Virus record (IMG/VR): IMGVR_UViG_3300042868_007959
Span: 189,880-253,879 of that record
Length of the DNA stretch: 64,000 nucleotides
Strand: one strand, 5' to 3'
Below the pieces are notes generated by a model. It did not search any database. It saw only the letters and a list, made by a program, of their open reading frames with translations, and was not told the origin of the DNA. Numbering within the stretch: position 1 is the first letter of the stretch; every line of letters starts with the position of its first letter. This document shows positions 47,563 to 56,679 of the stretch, piece by piece. The position numbers and the translations under genes are program-made.

Positions 47563-47604
47563 ATTTATAGTTTATAAATTGAAAAAATATATTAATATTT
47601 AAAT

Positions 47605-48360
47605 ATGAGTAGAAATAGAAGAAAAAATAAACAACTTTCAGAGGAAGAAATCTTAGAAATGGAAGCGTTTCTTAATAGAAACAATATTGAGGAGGAAAAA
47701 GTTTTTAAAACTATAACCATCAATGTAAAATGTAAGACAGAAAATCAAAAAAAATTAGTAGACTCTATAAAAAATAATGAAATTACTATATGTAGTGGTT
47801 TACCTGGATCAGGTAAGACTTTTTTATCTTGTGCAGAGGCATTAAAACTGGTTACTCTCGAAGAAAGGTATAAAAGAATTGTACTAATAAAATCAATAAC
47901 CCCATTAAAGAATGAGGAGATTGGGCATTTACCTGGAGATTTAAAAGAAAAAATGGCACCGATAATGGAATCTTTTACTGATAATATTAGAAAATTAATT
48001 GGTAAAAGTAGAATGGATAAATTAATTGAGTTAGGTGTGATAGAAATTGTACCAATCGCATTTGCTAGAGGTAGAAGTATCGATAACTCAGTAATATTAA
48101 TCGATGAGGCTCAAAATATTACATTAGATAATATACGCACACTTATGACTAGAATTGGAGATAATTCTAAAATGGTTATTATGGGTGACGTTAAACAAAA
48201 AGATTTAAGAAATAAAAAAGATAGTTCTTTAGGTGTAGTATTAGAAAAATTTAAAGATGTTAAAGATTTTGGTTGTGTTGAATTAAGAAATCCAGAGGAT
48301 GTTATTAGAAATCCTATAATAAAATTAATCGAAGAGATTTTTGAAACGTTAGAACCTTAA
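47605..48360 (+). CDS. phoH: PhoH-like ATPase
   Basis: GLPGSGKT, IGHLPGDLKEK, RGRS, IDEAQN, TRIG, GDVKQKD, RNPII. Confidence 0.93.
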   Translation: MSRNRRKNKQLSEEEILEMEAFLNRNNIEEEKVFKTITINVKCKTENQKKLVDSIKNNEITICSGLPGSGKTFLSCAEALKLVTLEERYKRIVLIKSITPLKNEEIGHLPGDLKEKMAPIMESFTDNIRKLIGKSRMDKLIELGVIEIVPIAFARGRSIDNSVILIDEAQNITLDNIRTLMTRIGDNSKMVIMGDVKQKDLRNKKDSSLGVVLEKFKDVKDFGCVELRNPEDVIRNPIIKLIEEIFETLEP

Positions 48361-48361
48361 T

Positions 48362-48742
48362 ATGATTTTTATAAGTAATAAAATTGAAGTTAGGGATTCG
48401 TTAACACACGGTAGAGGTGTTTTCGCTAAAGAAGATATTAATGAAGGTGAAATCATAGAAAATTGTCATTTTACTATTTTAGAACAACCTTTCATTTCTA
48501 TCGATAAAAAATTGCAAGAATATGTGTTTGCTTGGCCAAAAACTTCTTTTGCATCAAAATCTGTTGTAGTTTGGGGTTTTGGGTCAATCTATAATCACTC
48601 TAAAAATAATAATGCTGATTGGGTGACTAGTGAAGAAAATAATTTATTTACATTTTTTGCGATAAAGAATATTAAATCGGGTGAAGAGATTTATACTAAT
48701 TATGGTGAGGGATATGAAAAAGTAGTAAAAACTGTACAGTAA
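48362..48742 (+). CDS. SET-domain lysine methyltransferase
   Basis: HGRGVFA, YNHSKNNN, IKSGEEIYTNYG. Confidence 0.9.
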   Translation: MIFISNKIEVRDSLTHGRGVFAKEDINEGEIIENCHFTILEQPFISIDKKLQEYVFAWPKTSFASKSVVVWGFGSIYNHSKNNNADWVTSEENNLFTFFAIKNIKSGEEIYTNYGEGYEKVVKTVQ

Positions 48743-48909
48743 TGGGTAAGTATCTATTAAAAACAAAAAAAGACGAAGTGATAAATAATACCACACAAGA
48801 AAATTTAGAAGTGGCATTAGAATTTTTTTCGTCATTAAAAAAAATAACCGTTAAAGAGTTATTAAAGATATATAAAGTAGAAAAATATGAAAGTAGGAAT
48901 AACAATTAA
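48742..48909 (+). CDS. small hypothetical protein (not in ORF track)
   Basis: 55 aa MGKYLLKTKKDEVINNTTQENLEVALEFFSSLKK...; fills the gap and is coupled to the SET stop (TAATG). Confidence 0.55.
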   Translation: MGKYLLKTKKDEVINNTTQENLEVALEFFSSLKKITVKELLKIYKVEKYESRNNN

Positions 48910-49498
48910 TGGGGTAGTAAGAGATTTTATGACTAAGTTTGAATCTGTCTACGATAAATACTATCCTTCTGAGTTAGATGAGGAACCAATCAAAAGAGAA
49001 ATAACTACATCTAACCTGTTAGATCATTTTAATTTTACTGGTGGAACTGAGGAGTTAAATAAATTTCTTTATGTCGATTCATCGTTAGAGATATTTGGTC
49101 ACGCTGGTGAAACTAAATTAAATTCTGTAGAACATTTAAATCAGTTACATAACCTAATAGAGGATATGGGACATACACCTATTGTAGTTAGTAGGGAATT
49201 AAATAATAGTAAACCTGCAACTTTATTTTTCTTATCTAAATTATCTGCAAAAATTAATAAAATTATTTTTATTAAAGACTATGATAAAGTTTGGGATTAT
49301 GTGGATGTAATAATAACTGCAGATCCTGAAATTTTAGACAATAAACCAAATAGTAAAATAACTATAAAAGTTATTAATCACTATAATAAAGATAGTGAAT
49401 CAGACTATACTATTTTGGATCTAAAAGAAATTTTAGACGATAAAAAATTATTAGAAAAAATATTAAATACTAAAACAATCGAATTTGAAGATGTTTAA
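48887..49498 (+). CDS. 5'(3')-deoxyribonucleotidase-like HAD-fold protein, degenerate active site
   Basis: KVGITINGVVRD (DxD replaced), DVIITAD, YN near the C-terminus. Confidence 0.55.
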   Translation: MKVGITINGVVRDFMTKFESVYDKYYPSELDEEPIKREITTSNLLDHFNFTGGTEELNKFLYVDSSLEIFGHAGETKLNSVEHLNQLHNLIEDMGHTPIVVSRELNNSKPATLFFLSKLSAKINKIIFIKDYDKVWDYVDVIITADPEILDNKPNSKITIKVINHYNKDSESDYTILDLKEILDDKKLLEKILNTKTIEFEDV

Positions 49499-49542
49499 TA
49501 TTTACTTATCTAAATTTTATAATAAAATAATAATAAAAACTT

Positions 49543-49881
49543 ATGGAAAACGATAATTTACTTTTAGAGATTGGCGGAAAAGAACTTTATTTCGATATTG
49601 ACAAACTTTCAGATGTTGTTAAAATAGAAAATAAAGTAGTAGACAATGTTATAATAAAAAAAGAATCCATCGATAATGGTGATGATGATATTATGGATGA
49701 AAGTGCAATCCAGATAGACATCACTAAATATGAATTATATAGAGAGATGATTGCAACTATATTAGGATATATGGACGAAATCGATGATAAAATGGGTTCA
49801 GTCGCACTTAATAAAACAAATATCCCATTTAAAATGGCGTATAATACTTTACTAATGAAGGGTATTATAAAAGAATTATAA
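49543..49881 (+). CDS. hypothetical protein
   Basis: 112-aa ORF; C-terminal PFKMAYNTLLMKGII. Confidence 0.65.
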   Translation: MENDNLLLEIGGKELYFDIDKLSDVVKIENKVVDNVIIKKESIDNGDDDIMDESAIQIDITKYELYREMIATILGYMDEIDDKMGSVALNKTNIPFKMAYNTLLMKGIIKEL

Positions 49882-49903
49882 TAACAAAAAAAAATAAACT
49901 ATT

Positions 49904-51028
49904 ATGAGTGAACAATTAGAAAAAATTAAAGAATCGATCGAAAAAATAAATAATAAGGATTTTGGTATTTATTTTTTCACTATCGACACAAAAGGTAACC
50001 CAACTGCGGGAGTTGCAACAATTTACGAACACGTAAAAAAATTAAGAGATTTAGGTTACAACGCACAAATCTTACATGATAAGGATGACTATAAACTTAG
50101 GGAAGATGAAAATGGTATTGGTATTGCGGACTGGTTAGGTGAAGAATACGCTAACTTACCACACATATCTATAGAATCCCAAAAATTACAAGTTGGGACT
50201 TCTGATTTTGTTGTTATACCTGAAGCGTTTGCTAGTATTATGAAACAAACAGTCAACTTCCCATGTAAGAGAATCGTATTTTTACAATCATATGAATATA
50301 TTTTTGAAATGTTAGAGATCGGTGAGGGTTGGGAACAGTTTGGTATTAAAGATGTAATTACAACTAACGAAAATTTAAGTAAGTATGTAAATTCATTATT
50401 TAGAGGAATGACAACTGATATTATTCCATTAGGTATCCCTTCTTATTTTGAGAATGATGGTAAACCTAAAGTACCTACCGTTGCAATGGTTGCGAGAGAT
50501 AAAAGAGAATTACTGAAAATAGTAAAAATATTTTATCAAAAATATCCACACTATAGATTTCTTACCTTTAGAGATATGTCAGGGTTACCTAGAAAGACTT
50601 TTGCTAATGAATTATCCAAATCCTTTTTAAGTGTGTGGATTGATGAGTTATCAAGTTTTGGCACATTCCCATTAGAATCGATAAAAACTAACACACCTGT
50701 TATCGGTAAAATACCTAGAATGGTTCCTGAGTGGATGGGGACAATCGATGAAGCAGGTAATCTTAATTTAAATGATAATGGTATATGGACGGCAAATCTT
50801 AATTCTATACCAGATATCATTGCTACTATGGTAGGACTTTATTTGGAGGACGCTTTACCACAAAATATTATGAATGGTATGGTTGAATGGTCAGATAAAT
50901 ATTCTACAGAGGACTCAGATAAAATTTTGGGTGAAGTTTATGACAAAATTTTTAAGAGAAGAATTGTTGAATTGGAATTTAGTTATCAACAAATTTCTAA
51001 TACAGAAGAAAACGTAGAGGTTAAGTAA
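49904..51028 (+). CDS. GT-B-like glycosyltransferase
   Basis: AGVATIYEHVKKL..LGY, DFVVIPE, SFGTFPLES..TNTPVIG. Confidence 0.7.
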   Translation: MSEQLEKIKESIEKINNKDFGIYFFTIDTKGNPTAGVATIYEHVKKLRDLGYNAQILHDKDDYKLREDENGIGIADWLGEEYANLPHISIESQKLQVGTSDFVVIPEAFASIMKQTVNFPCKRIVFLQSYEYIFEMLEIGEGWEQFGIKDVITTNENLSKYVNSLFRGMTTDIIPLGIPSYFENDGKPKVPTVAMVARDKRELLKIVKIFYQKYPHYRFLTFRDMSGLPRKTFANELSKSFLSVWIDELSSFGTFPLESIKTNTPVIGKIPRMVPEWMGTIDEAGNLNLNDNGIWTANLNSIPDIIATMVGLYLEDALPQNIMNGMVEWSDKYSTEDSDKILGEVYDKIFKRRIVELEFSYQQISNTEENVEVK

Positions 51029-51058
51029 AATAATAACATAAAATTAAAGTAAAAAAAT

Positions 51059-51835
51059 ATGAATAGTATTTCATTAATAGTACCAGTACATAAATTAGAA
51101 AAAACATATTTAGATTCTTGTATAACAAGTATTAAAAATCAAAAAGAAAAACCTGATGAAGTTTTATTTGTCACATCAAATGATACAGAATTAAAAGAAT
51201 ATCTTAATAGTTATGATTTCGATCAAATTAAAGATATTGTTAGAATTGTAGAAAATGAAAGTGGAGATTACGGATTCCAATCACAAATGAATTACGGTGT
51301 AAAAGAAAGTAAATCAGAATATTTTACTTTTGTAGAATATGATGATGAAATATCCCCAATATGGATTAAAAATGGTAAAGAGTATTCTGAACATTATCCT
51401 GAGGTAGGAGTATTTTTACCTATAATATATGAAACAGATGAAAATGGTAGATTTATCTCATTCACTAATGAGAGTGTTTGGGCAAAAGATTTTTCTGAAG
51501 TAAGTGGATACTTAGATAACAACGCACTACAAAGAGTTCAAAACTTTAATTTTGACGGTATGGTTGTTAAAAAAAGTATTTATGAAGATAATGGTGGGTT
51601 AAAATCAAATATGAAATTAACATTCACATATGAATTTTTATTAAGAATGACATATTTTTCTGTTCCAGTTATGGTAATCCCTAAATTAGGTTATAAACAC
51701 ACAAACAATAGAGAAGGTTCACTTTTTGTGGAATATAAATCAACTATAGATGTATTAGAAAGTAAATTTTGGGTTAACAAAGCTAAAAAAGAATATTTTT
51801 ACACACAAGATAGGGGAATAACATACGAAGTATAA
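51059..51835 (+). CDS. GT2-like glycosyltransferase
   Basis: SLIVPVH, SIKNQ, MNYG, FVEYDD, YEFLLR. Confidence 0.8.
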   Translation: MNSISLIVPVHKLEKTYLDSCITSIKNQKEKPDEVLFVTSNDTELKEYLNSYDFDQIKDIVRIVENESGDYGFQSQMNYGVKESKSEYFTFVEYDDEISPIWIKNGKEYSEHYPEVGVFLPIIYETDENGRFISFTNESVWAKDFSEVSGYLDNNALQRVQNFNFDGMVVKKSIYEDNGGLKSNMKLTFTYEFLLRMTYFSVPVMVIPKLGYKHTNNREGSLFVEYKSTIDVLESKFWVNKAKKEYFYTQDRGITYEV

Positions 51836-51842
51836 ATTTTTT

Positions 51843-52577
51843 ATGTTAGAAGAACCTAAGAAAAGAGGTAGAAAGAGAACAAACAATTTATATTTTGGTC
51901 CTGAACAGGAAGAAGCAGTAGTTAAATTTTTAACATGTGAGTCATATAACGAAAGAAATAAAATTTATAATGAATATCTAAAAGCCCCAATAGATAAGAT
52001 GGTAGAATCCATCATAAGACGATATAAATTATATAGGAAAGAGTATGAGTATGAAGATGTTCATTCAGACACTCTTTCTTTTTTAATAACTAAAATGCAC
52101 AATTTTAAACCAGATAAGAATAAAAAAGCTTATTCCTATTTTGGTACGATATGTAAACATTATCTTTTAGGTCAACTTATAAAAGACGATAAGAAGTTAA
52201 AATCTGATGTATCCTATGAAGATGTATATCGGACTGTAGAAACTATGGAAGAATTTACTTATACCATAGATGATGACAAAATACAATTAGATACTTTTAT
52301 AGATGAAATTTCTGCAAGTATTAAAGGTGAAATGAAATATAATAAATTATCTGAAATAGAACTTAAAGTTGGTTTAGCATTGACTACTATTTTAGATAAC
52401 TGGGAAACTATATTTGAACAAATTGAAAGTGGTAACAAATATAACAAAAATTTAATTTTATCTTATATAAGAGAAATATCTGATCTATCTACTAAAGATA
52501 TAAGAGTAGGTATGAGAAGATTTAAGAAGATTTATGGTTTATTGAAAAACGATAAATTAGAAGACGATTCTTTGTAA
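51843..52577 (+). CDS. phage late sigma factor (T4 gp55-like)
   Basis: sigma region-2-like NFKPDKNKKAYSYFGTICKHYL; N-terminal YF..EQEEA. Confidence 0.7.
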   Translation: MLEEPKKRGRKRTNNLYFGPEQEEAVVKFLTCESYNERNKIYNEYLKAPIDKMVESIIRRYKLYRKEYEYEDVHSDTLSFLITKMHNFKPDKNKKAYSYFGTICKHYLLGQLIKDDKKLKSDVSYEDVYRTVETMEEFTYTIDDDKIQLDTFIDEISASIKGEMKYNKLSEIELKVGLALTTILDNWETIFEQIESGNKYNKNLILSYIREISDLSTKDIRVGMRRFKKIYGLLKNDKLEDDSL

Positions 52578-52591
52578 AAATTTATTATTAG

Positions 52592-52599
52592 ATATTTAT
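52592..52599 (+). promoter_or_regulatory. candidate phage late promoter ATATTTAT (representative copy)
   Basis: same motif in sense orientation upstream of about 19 structural or late genes (see findings). Confidence 0.65.
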
Positions 52600-52614
52600 A
52601 GTTAAACAATAGAC

Positions 52615-52998
52615 ATGAGTAGACCTAAAAAAACTAAAATCAATTTAGATAAAAATAGTTTACAGGAATTAATGCAAGAAATTTATAATGATTGTAGTAA
52701 TATAATGAATAGTGCTAGAAGAGAAATAAATGAAAGAAAAGTTAGAGTTAATATAGAAGACGTTAATGACGAATACCAAATTGGTAAAGTTAATAATGAA
52801 ACTCTTAAAATTTTAGAAACCACTATTGATAAAAAAATAGCTTTAGCAAAATTACAATCTCAGATACTTGGTAATAAAAGTAATGAAGATGATGGCAATA
52901 ATGTAGGTAATGGTATTACAGAAGAAGATAAAAATATTCTAAGAGAATTATTTAAAGAAAAGGCTGGTAATAAAAATACTAAATACGATATAGATTAA
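52615..52998 (+). CDS. hypothetical late protein
   Basis: 127-aa helical ORF; ATATTTATA upstream. Confidence 0.6.
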   Translation: MSRPKKTKINLDKNSLQELMQEIYNDCSNIMNSARREINERKVRVNIEDVNDEYQIGKVNNETLKILETTIDKKIALAKLQSQILGNKSNEDDGNNVGNGITEEDKNILRELFKEKAGNKNTKYDID

Positions 52999-52999
52999 A

Positions 53000-54706
53000 A
53001 TGAACGAAAAATTTAAGAATGTTGTTTGTGAACCTAAAGATGCTATTGGAGATGTTAAGAGAAATATTCTAGAGTTAATATCACTGAATCAGACTATATG
53101 TAATAATTTACCTAATTTATCTATACCTACTGCAATTCCAGATGTACCCGATTTAAATTTTAGTCAGAGAGTTGTTGACTTATTAAATGATATTTTAGCA
53201 ACTGTTTCAGGTATTAATATTGATGAGATGAGGATGCAGTTGATAAATTGGCTAGTTGAACAATTACAACCACTTTCTGAGGATTTATCCATTACAATGA
53301 TAGATACTATAAAATGTTGTTACGCTTGTAAGATTAATCCTCAGATACCAAATTGGTTATTTGTGACTGACCCATCAACTATAACATTTGATGCAACTGG
53401 AACCCCTATACCAAATAGTGGATCACCTGGGTTAGGTATAAATATTGAGTTAAATAAATTAGATTTAACTTGTTTATTTTCGGTTGACCCTAATTCTACA
53501 GTAGGTAAACTATTTTATGATGGTACTGCAATAGATGATATAAATGTGTTCCTATGGGAAGTGATACAAGAAAATGGTAACCCTTTAATATGGAAAGATC
53601 CTACATCTGGTAAAGAGATTATGGAAGTTAGATATATTGAGGATAGTCCTACCTCATTTGTTGAAAATAATGGATCTAGTGAATTTCAAAATATAGAATC
53701 TAGACCTAGAGTTTTTAATATTAGAATTGTTAATCAGACATACCAAAGTAAAACACTTATAACTTTTTTAGTGGATTATTTTAATAGTCAAAATCCATTA
53801 TTCAATCCTGATAAAGTTATACCAAATGTAATAGATTTAATTTATGGTAGTTTAACTAATAAAGTTAATTTACCTGATGAATGTTTAAACAAAGTAGTTG
53901 AAACCGAAAAGGCAATAGAAGATTATATAGATAAAGGTATCGATAATCCAGATGTTGAATTTGATGAAAGTTTCTATACTTTTACAACTGCACAAATTGT
54001 TAATATAAAACAAACTGTAAATGAAAAAAAATTAGGTGTTAAACAATTTAAAAAATGTTGTGCAAAACAAATTAGTAGTATTTCGTTTGAAACTTTAAAA
54101 GAGATAGATGATAACATTAAAGCAACTTCCACTCTTCAAGAAAAAATTCAAGTATATACAAAATCTCTTAATAATTTAATTTCTGAATCTTCAGAAGGTG
54201 TAAAAAATTTAGATAAAAATAGTGCGAATGGCGAATTTTTAGCCAATTTTATAAGTGCATTACAAGTTGCATTAACTAAAATTGTATTGTCACCAAAAAA
54301 TCTATTAATGTTAAATACGTTCTATTATTTGGTTAATTCTGAACCCGTTAAAAAAGTAAAAATAAAAGAATTACTTAAGGAATTTGAATGTATTATTGCG
54401 GTGATAATTGGGAATTTATTAAAAAAGATAATTTATGAATTTCTTTTACCTATGATATTAAAAGCTCTGAAACAAATTGTATTATGTGCGATTAGAAAAA
54501 AAATAAAAGAAATAAATGAAAATTTCTTAAAAACAAAAAGAAGTTTATTACCTCCTTTTGTTAATGATACTTTAAATGCGATAGAAGGTTTATTAGGTAA
54601 AGCTGAAAATGTTGTAGATAAAGCTAGAGGTTTTACGGATAAAGTTAATTTAGATTCATTGAGTAATGTGAGTCTATTCAATAAGAAAAATAGATTTTGT
54701 GATTAA
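53000..54706 (+). CDS. hypothetical virion (baseplate-region) protein
   Basis: 568-aa ORF in a late operon with a gp5-like gene; CC motifs. Confidence 0.5.
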   Translation: MNEKFKNVVCEPKDAIGDVKRNILELISLNQTICNNLPNLSIPTAIPDVPDLNFSQRVVDLLNDILATVSGINIDEMRMQLINWLVEQLQPLSEDLSITMIDTIKCCYACKINPQIPNWLFVTDPSTITFDATGTPIPNSGSPGLGINIELNKLDLTCLFSVDPNSTVGKLFYDGTAIDDINVFLWEVIQENGNPLIWKDPTSGKEIMEVRYIEDSPTSFVENNGSSEFQNIESRPRVFNIRIVNQTYQSKTLITFLVDYFNSQNPLFNPDKVIPNVIDLIYGSLTNKVNLPDECLNKVVETEKAIEDYIDKGIDNPDVEFDESFYTFTTAQIVNIKQTVNEKKLGVKQFKKCCAKQISSISFETLKEIDDNIKATSTLQEKIQVYTKSLNNLISESSEGVKNLDKNSANGEFLANFISALQVALTKIVLSPKNLLMLNTFYYLVNSEPVKKVKIKELLKEFECIIAVIIGNLLKKIIYEFLLPMILKALKQIVLCAIRKKIKEINENFLKTKRSLLPPFVNDTLNAIEGLLGKAENVVDKARGFTDKVNLDSLSNVSLFNKKNRFCD

Positions 54707-54708
54707 TT

Positions 54709-55158
54709 ATGGCAGCAAGTGACGGATGTAATAGTAATAAAGGTGATATTTACAAAAATATTGGCATTGCGGGTGCATTAGTAACTATCGCATTACTCCT
54801 TAAAAAGGCATTTAAAACACCTAAGAAATTACCACCTATATCTAAAGAAGAAATTCTAATAGGTGTTAAATTTAGAGAGGGAATGAGTTCTATTGAAATC
54901 GCCTCTAGAATTATAGAAAGAAAAAAGGAGATCGGTATTGGTATCGGTCCATTACCTAGCGGTGCGGAGAATCTCGAATTAAAGATGGAAGTAATACGAG
55001 TAGAAGAAATTGTTAATGCGATACAAACAAAAATGAAAATAGAGGGTGCATTTCCCGCAGGTGTCGCAATAACTGCAACAGGTGGAAATGCTGGAGGACC
55101 AATTGTTGTACAAGGTGCAACAACACAATCAGTTAAAGTAGAAGGTATTGCAAGATAA
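54709..55158 (+). CDS. baseplate/spike-associated protein
   Basis: EEIVNAIQ...ITATGGNAGGPIVVQG; lies upstream of the gp5-like gene. Confidence 0.45.
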   Translation: MAASDGCNSNKGDIYKNIGIAGALVTIALLLKKAFKTPKKLPPISKEEILIGVKFREGMSSIEIASRIIERKKEIGIGIGPLPSGAENLELKMEVIRVEEIVNAIQTKMKIEGAFPAGVAITATGGNAGGPIVVQGATTQSVKVEGIAR

Positions 55159-55162
55159 AATT

Positions 55163-55354
55163 ATGGAAAATAGTGTAATCAATTGGGAAAATATAGGTAA
55201 TTCTTCTATTAAAATGAAATTAGAAGAATTATTACATGAACAAACGGCATTAAAGGATAGGATAATAAAACTTTCTGAAAAGTTAGAATCTGTAGAAAAG
55301 GAATATTACTATGGGAATAAAGTTTTAGTAAAAAGATATAAAGGAGAAGAGTAA
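55163..55354 (+). CDS. small coiled-coil hypothetical protein
   Basis: ATG 55163 within track ORF 55148..55354. Confidence 0.55.
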   Translation: MENSVINWENIGNSSIKMKLEELLHEQTALKDRIIKLSEKLESVEKEYYYGNKVLVKRYKGEE

Positions 55355-56658
55355 TGAATAATTATTATACAGACAGTACTAATACTAACGTAATACCAAT
55401 TATAAGGGTTGGTGAAGTTATTTCTGTGGTAGACACAACTAAATCGGGAAGAATAAAAGTTAGAATTACAGGCGTTGATGACACAGAAAGTGATAAAAAT
55501 TTAATAGATTGTGTACCATTATTACCAAAATATTTAATAACATTACCTAAAGCTGGAGAATGTGTTTTCGTATTCCAATATGAATATAATGACTCATCCC
55601 CAACTGCCTCATTTAAAAACAAAAGATTTTGGATTGGACCACTAATAACTCAACCAAATAGGTTACCTGAAGAAACATATAATTCAGCACTTTCGATATT
55701 ACCCGATGGATATACCAAATTAAAGGACCCAAATTTAGAAATTGGTGCCTATGGGGAAGATGAGGATATTATTTTACAAGGTAGATATAATACTGATATC
55801 TTACAAAAAGATAGACAAATTTGGTTAAGAGTTGGGAAGAATATTGAGGGTGAACTTAATAAATTTAATAACAAAACTTTAGGGTATGTACAGTTAAAGT
55901 TTGGTGGTGAAAAATTAAAAAGAAATTTAGTAGATAAAGAAATAGTTACGTATGTGGAACAACAACCTGATAAAATTATTAGTGTAATTTTAAATACTAT
56001 TACAAATAATGGTAATATTTTATCTGGTGATTTACCTGCAGACACTTATAGAAAGGATGATATTAATAGAACTGAAATAAGTGTAGTCATAAATGATGCA
56101 AAAAGTGGTGCGGAGATCGCTAGTTTCTCCAATAGTAATTCCTTTTTAGGTAGTTCCTCTAGGGATTCCTCATTGGAGGCGGCTAAGTCATTTATAGACG
56201 TAAATAAAGGTGAACGATGGAGAATAAAATCAAAATCGAATGATATAATTGCAATATATAAAGGGGATAATGGTATCGCAACATTTACAAGTAAACCTAT
56301 TGAGGTTAGAAAGAAAATAAAAGAAGTTAAATTAGAAACTAATAAAAGTGATAAAACTAGTGTTGTTAACATTGTAGCAAATAAAATTAATTTTATTAGT
56401 CATGACGGTGAACACACATTTAATTTAACTGATCCTAAACAGTTGATAACTGATGATGAACAACAGAAGATAAATAATGAGGCTCATCCAGTAGTTTATG
56501 GAGATATTCTAGTAGAATTTTTACAATTAGTTAAAAAATATGTAGAGTTACACGTACACCCTTATCATGGATTAACTGCGGACCCAAGTACTGTTACAAC
56601 AAACGTATTAAGTTTTGATTTAAATAAATTATTAAATAAGAATATTAATACTAATTAA
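55354..56658 (+). CDS. baseplate central spike (gp5/gpV-like)
   Basis: OB-fold GEVISVVD..KSGRIKVRI, PKAGECV; C-terminal HVHPYH metal-binding tip motif. Confidence 0.7.
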   Translation: MNNYYTDSTNTNVIPIIRVGEVISVVDTTKSGRIKVRITGVDDTESDKNLIDCVPLLPKYLITLPKAGECVFVFQYEYNDSSPTASFKNKRFWIGPLITQPNRLPEETYNSALSILPDGYTKLKDPNLEIGAYGEDEDIILQGRYNTDILQKDRQIWLRVGKNIEGELNKFNNKTLGYVQLKFGGEKLKRNLVDKEIVTYVEQQPDKIISVILNTITNNGNILSGDLPADTYRKDDINRTEISVVINDAKSGAEIASFSNSNSFLGSSSRDSSLEAAKSFIDVNKGERWRIKSKSNDIIAIYKGDNGIATFTSKPIEVRKKIKEVKLETNKSDKTSVVNIVANKINFISHDGEHTFNLTDPKQLITDDEQQKINNEAHPVVYGDILVEFLQLVKKYVELHVHPYHGLTADPSTVTTNVLSFDLNKLLNKNINTN

Positions 56659-56679
56659 GATATTTATTTATAAAAAGAA

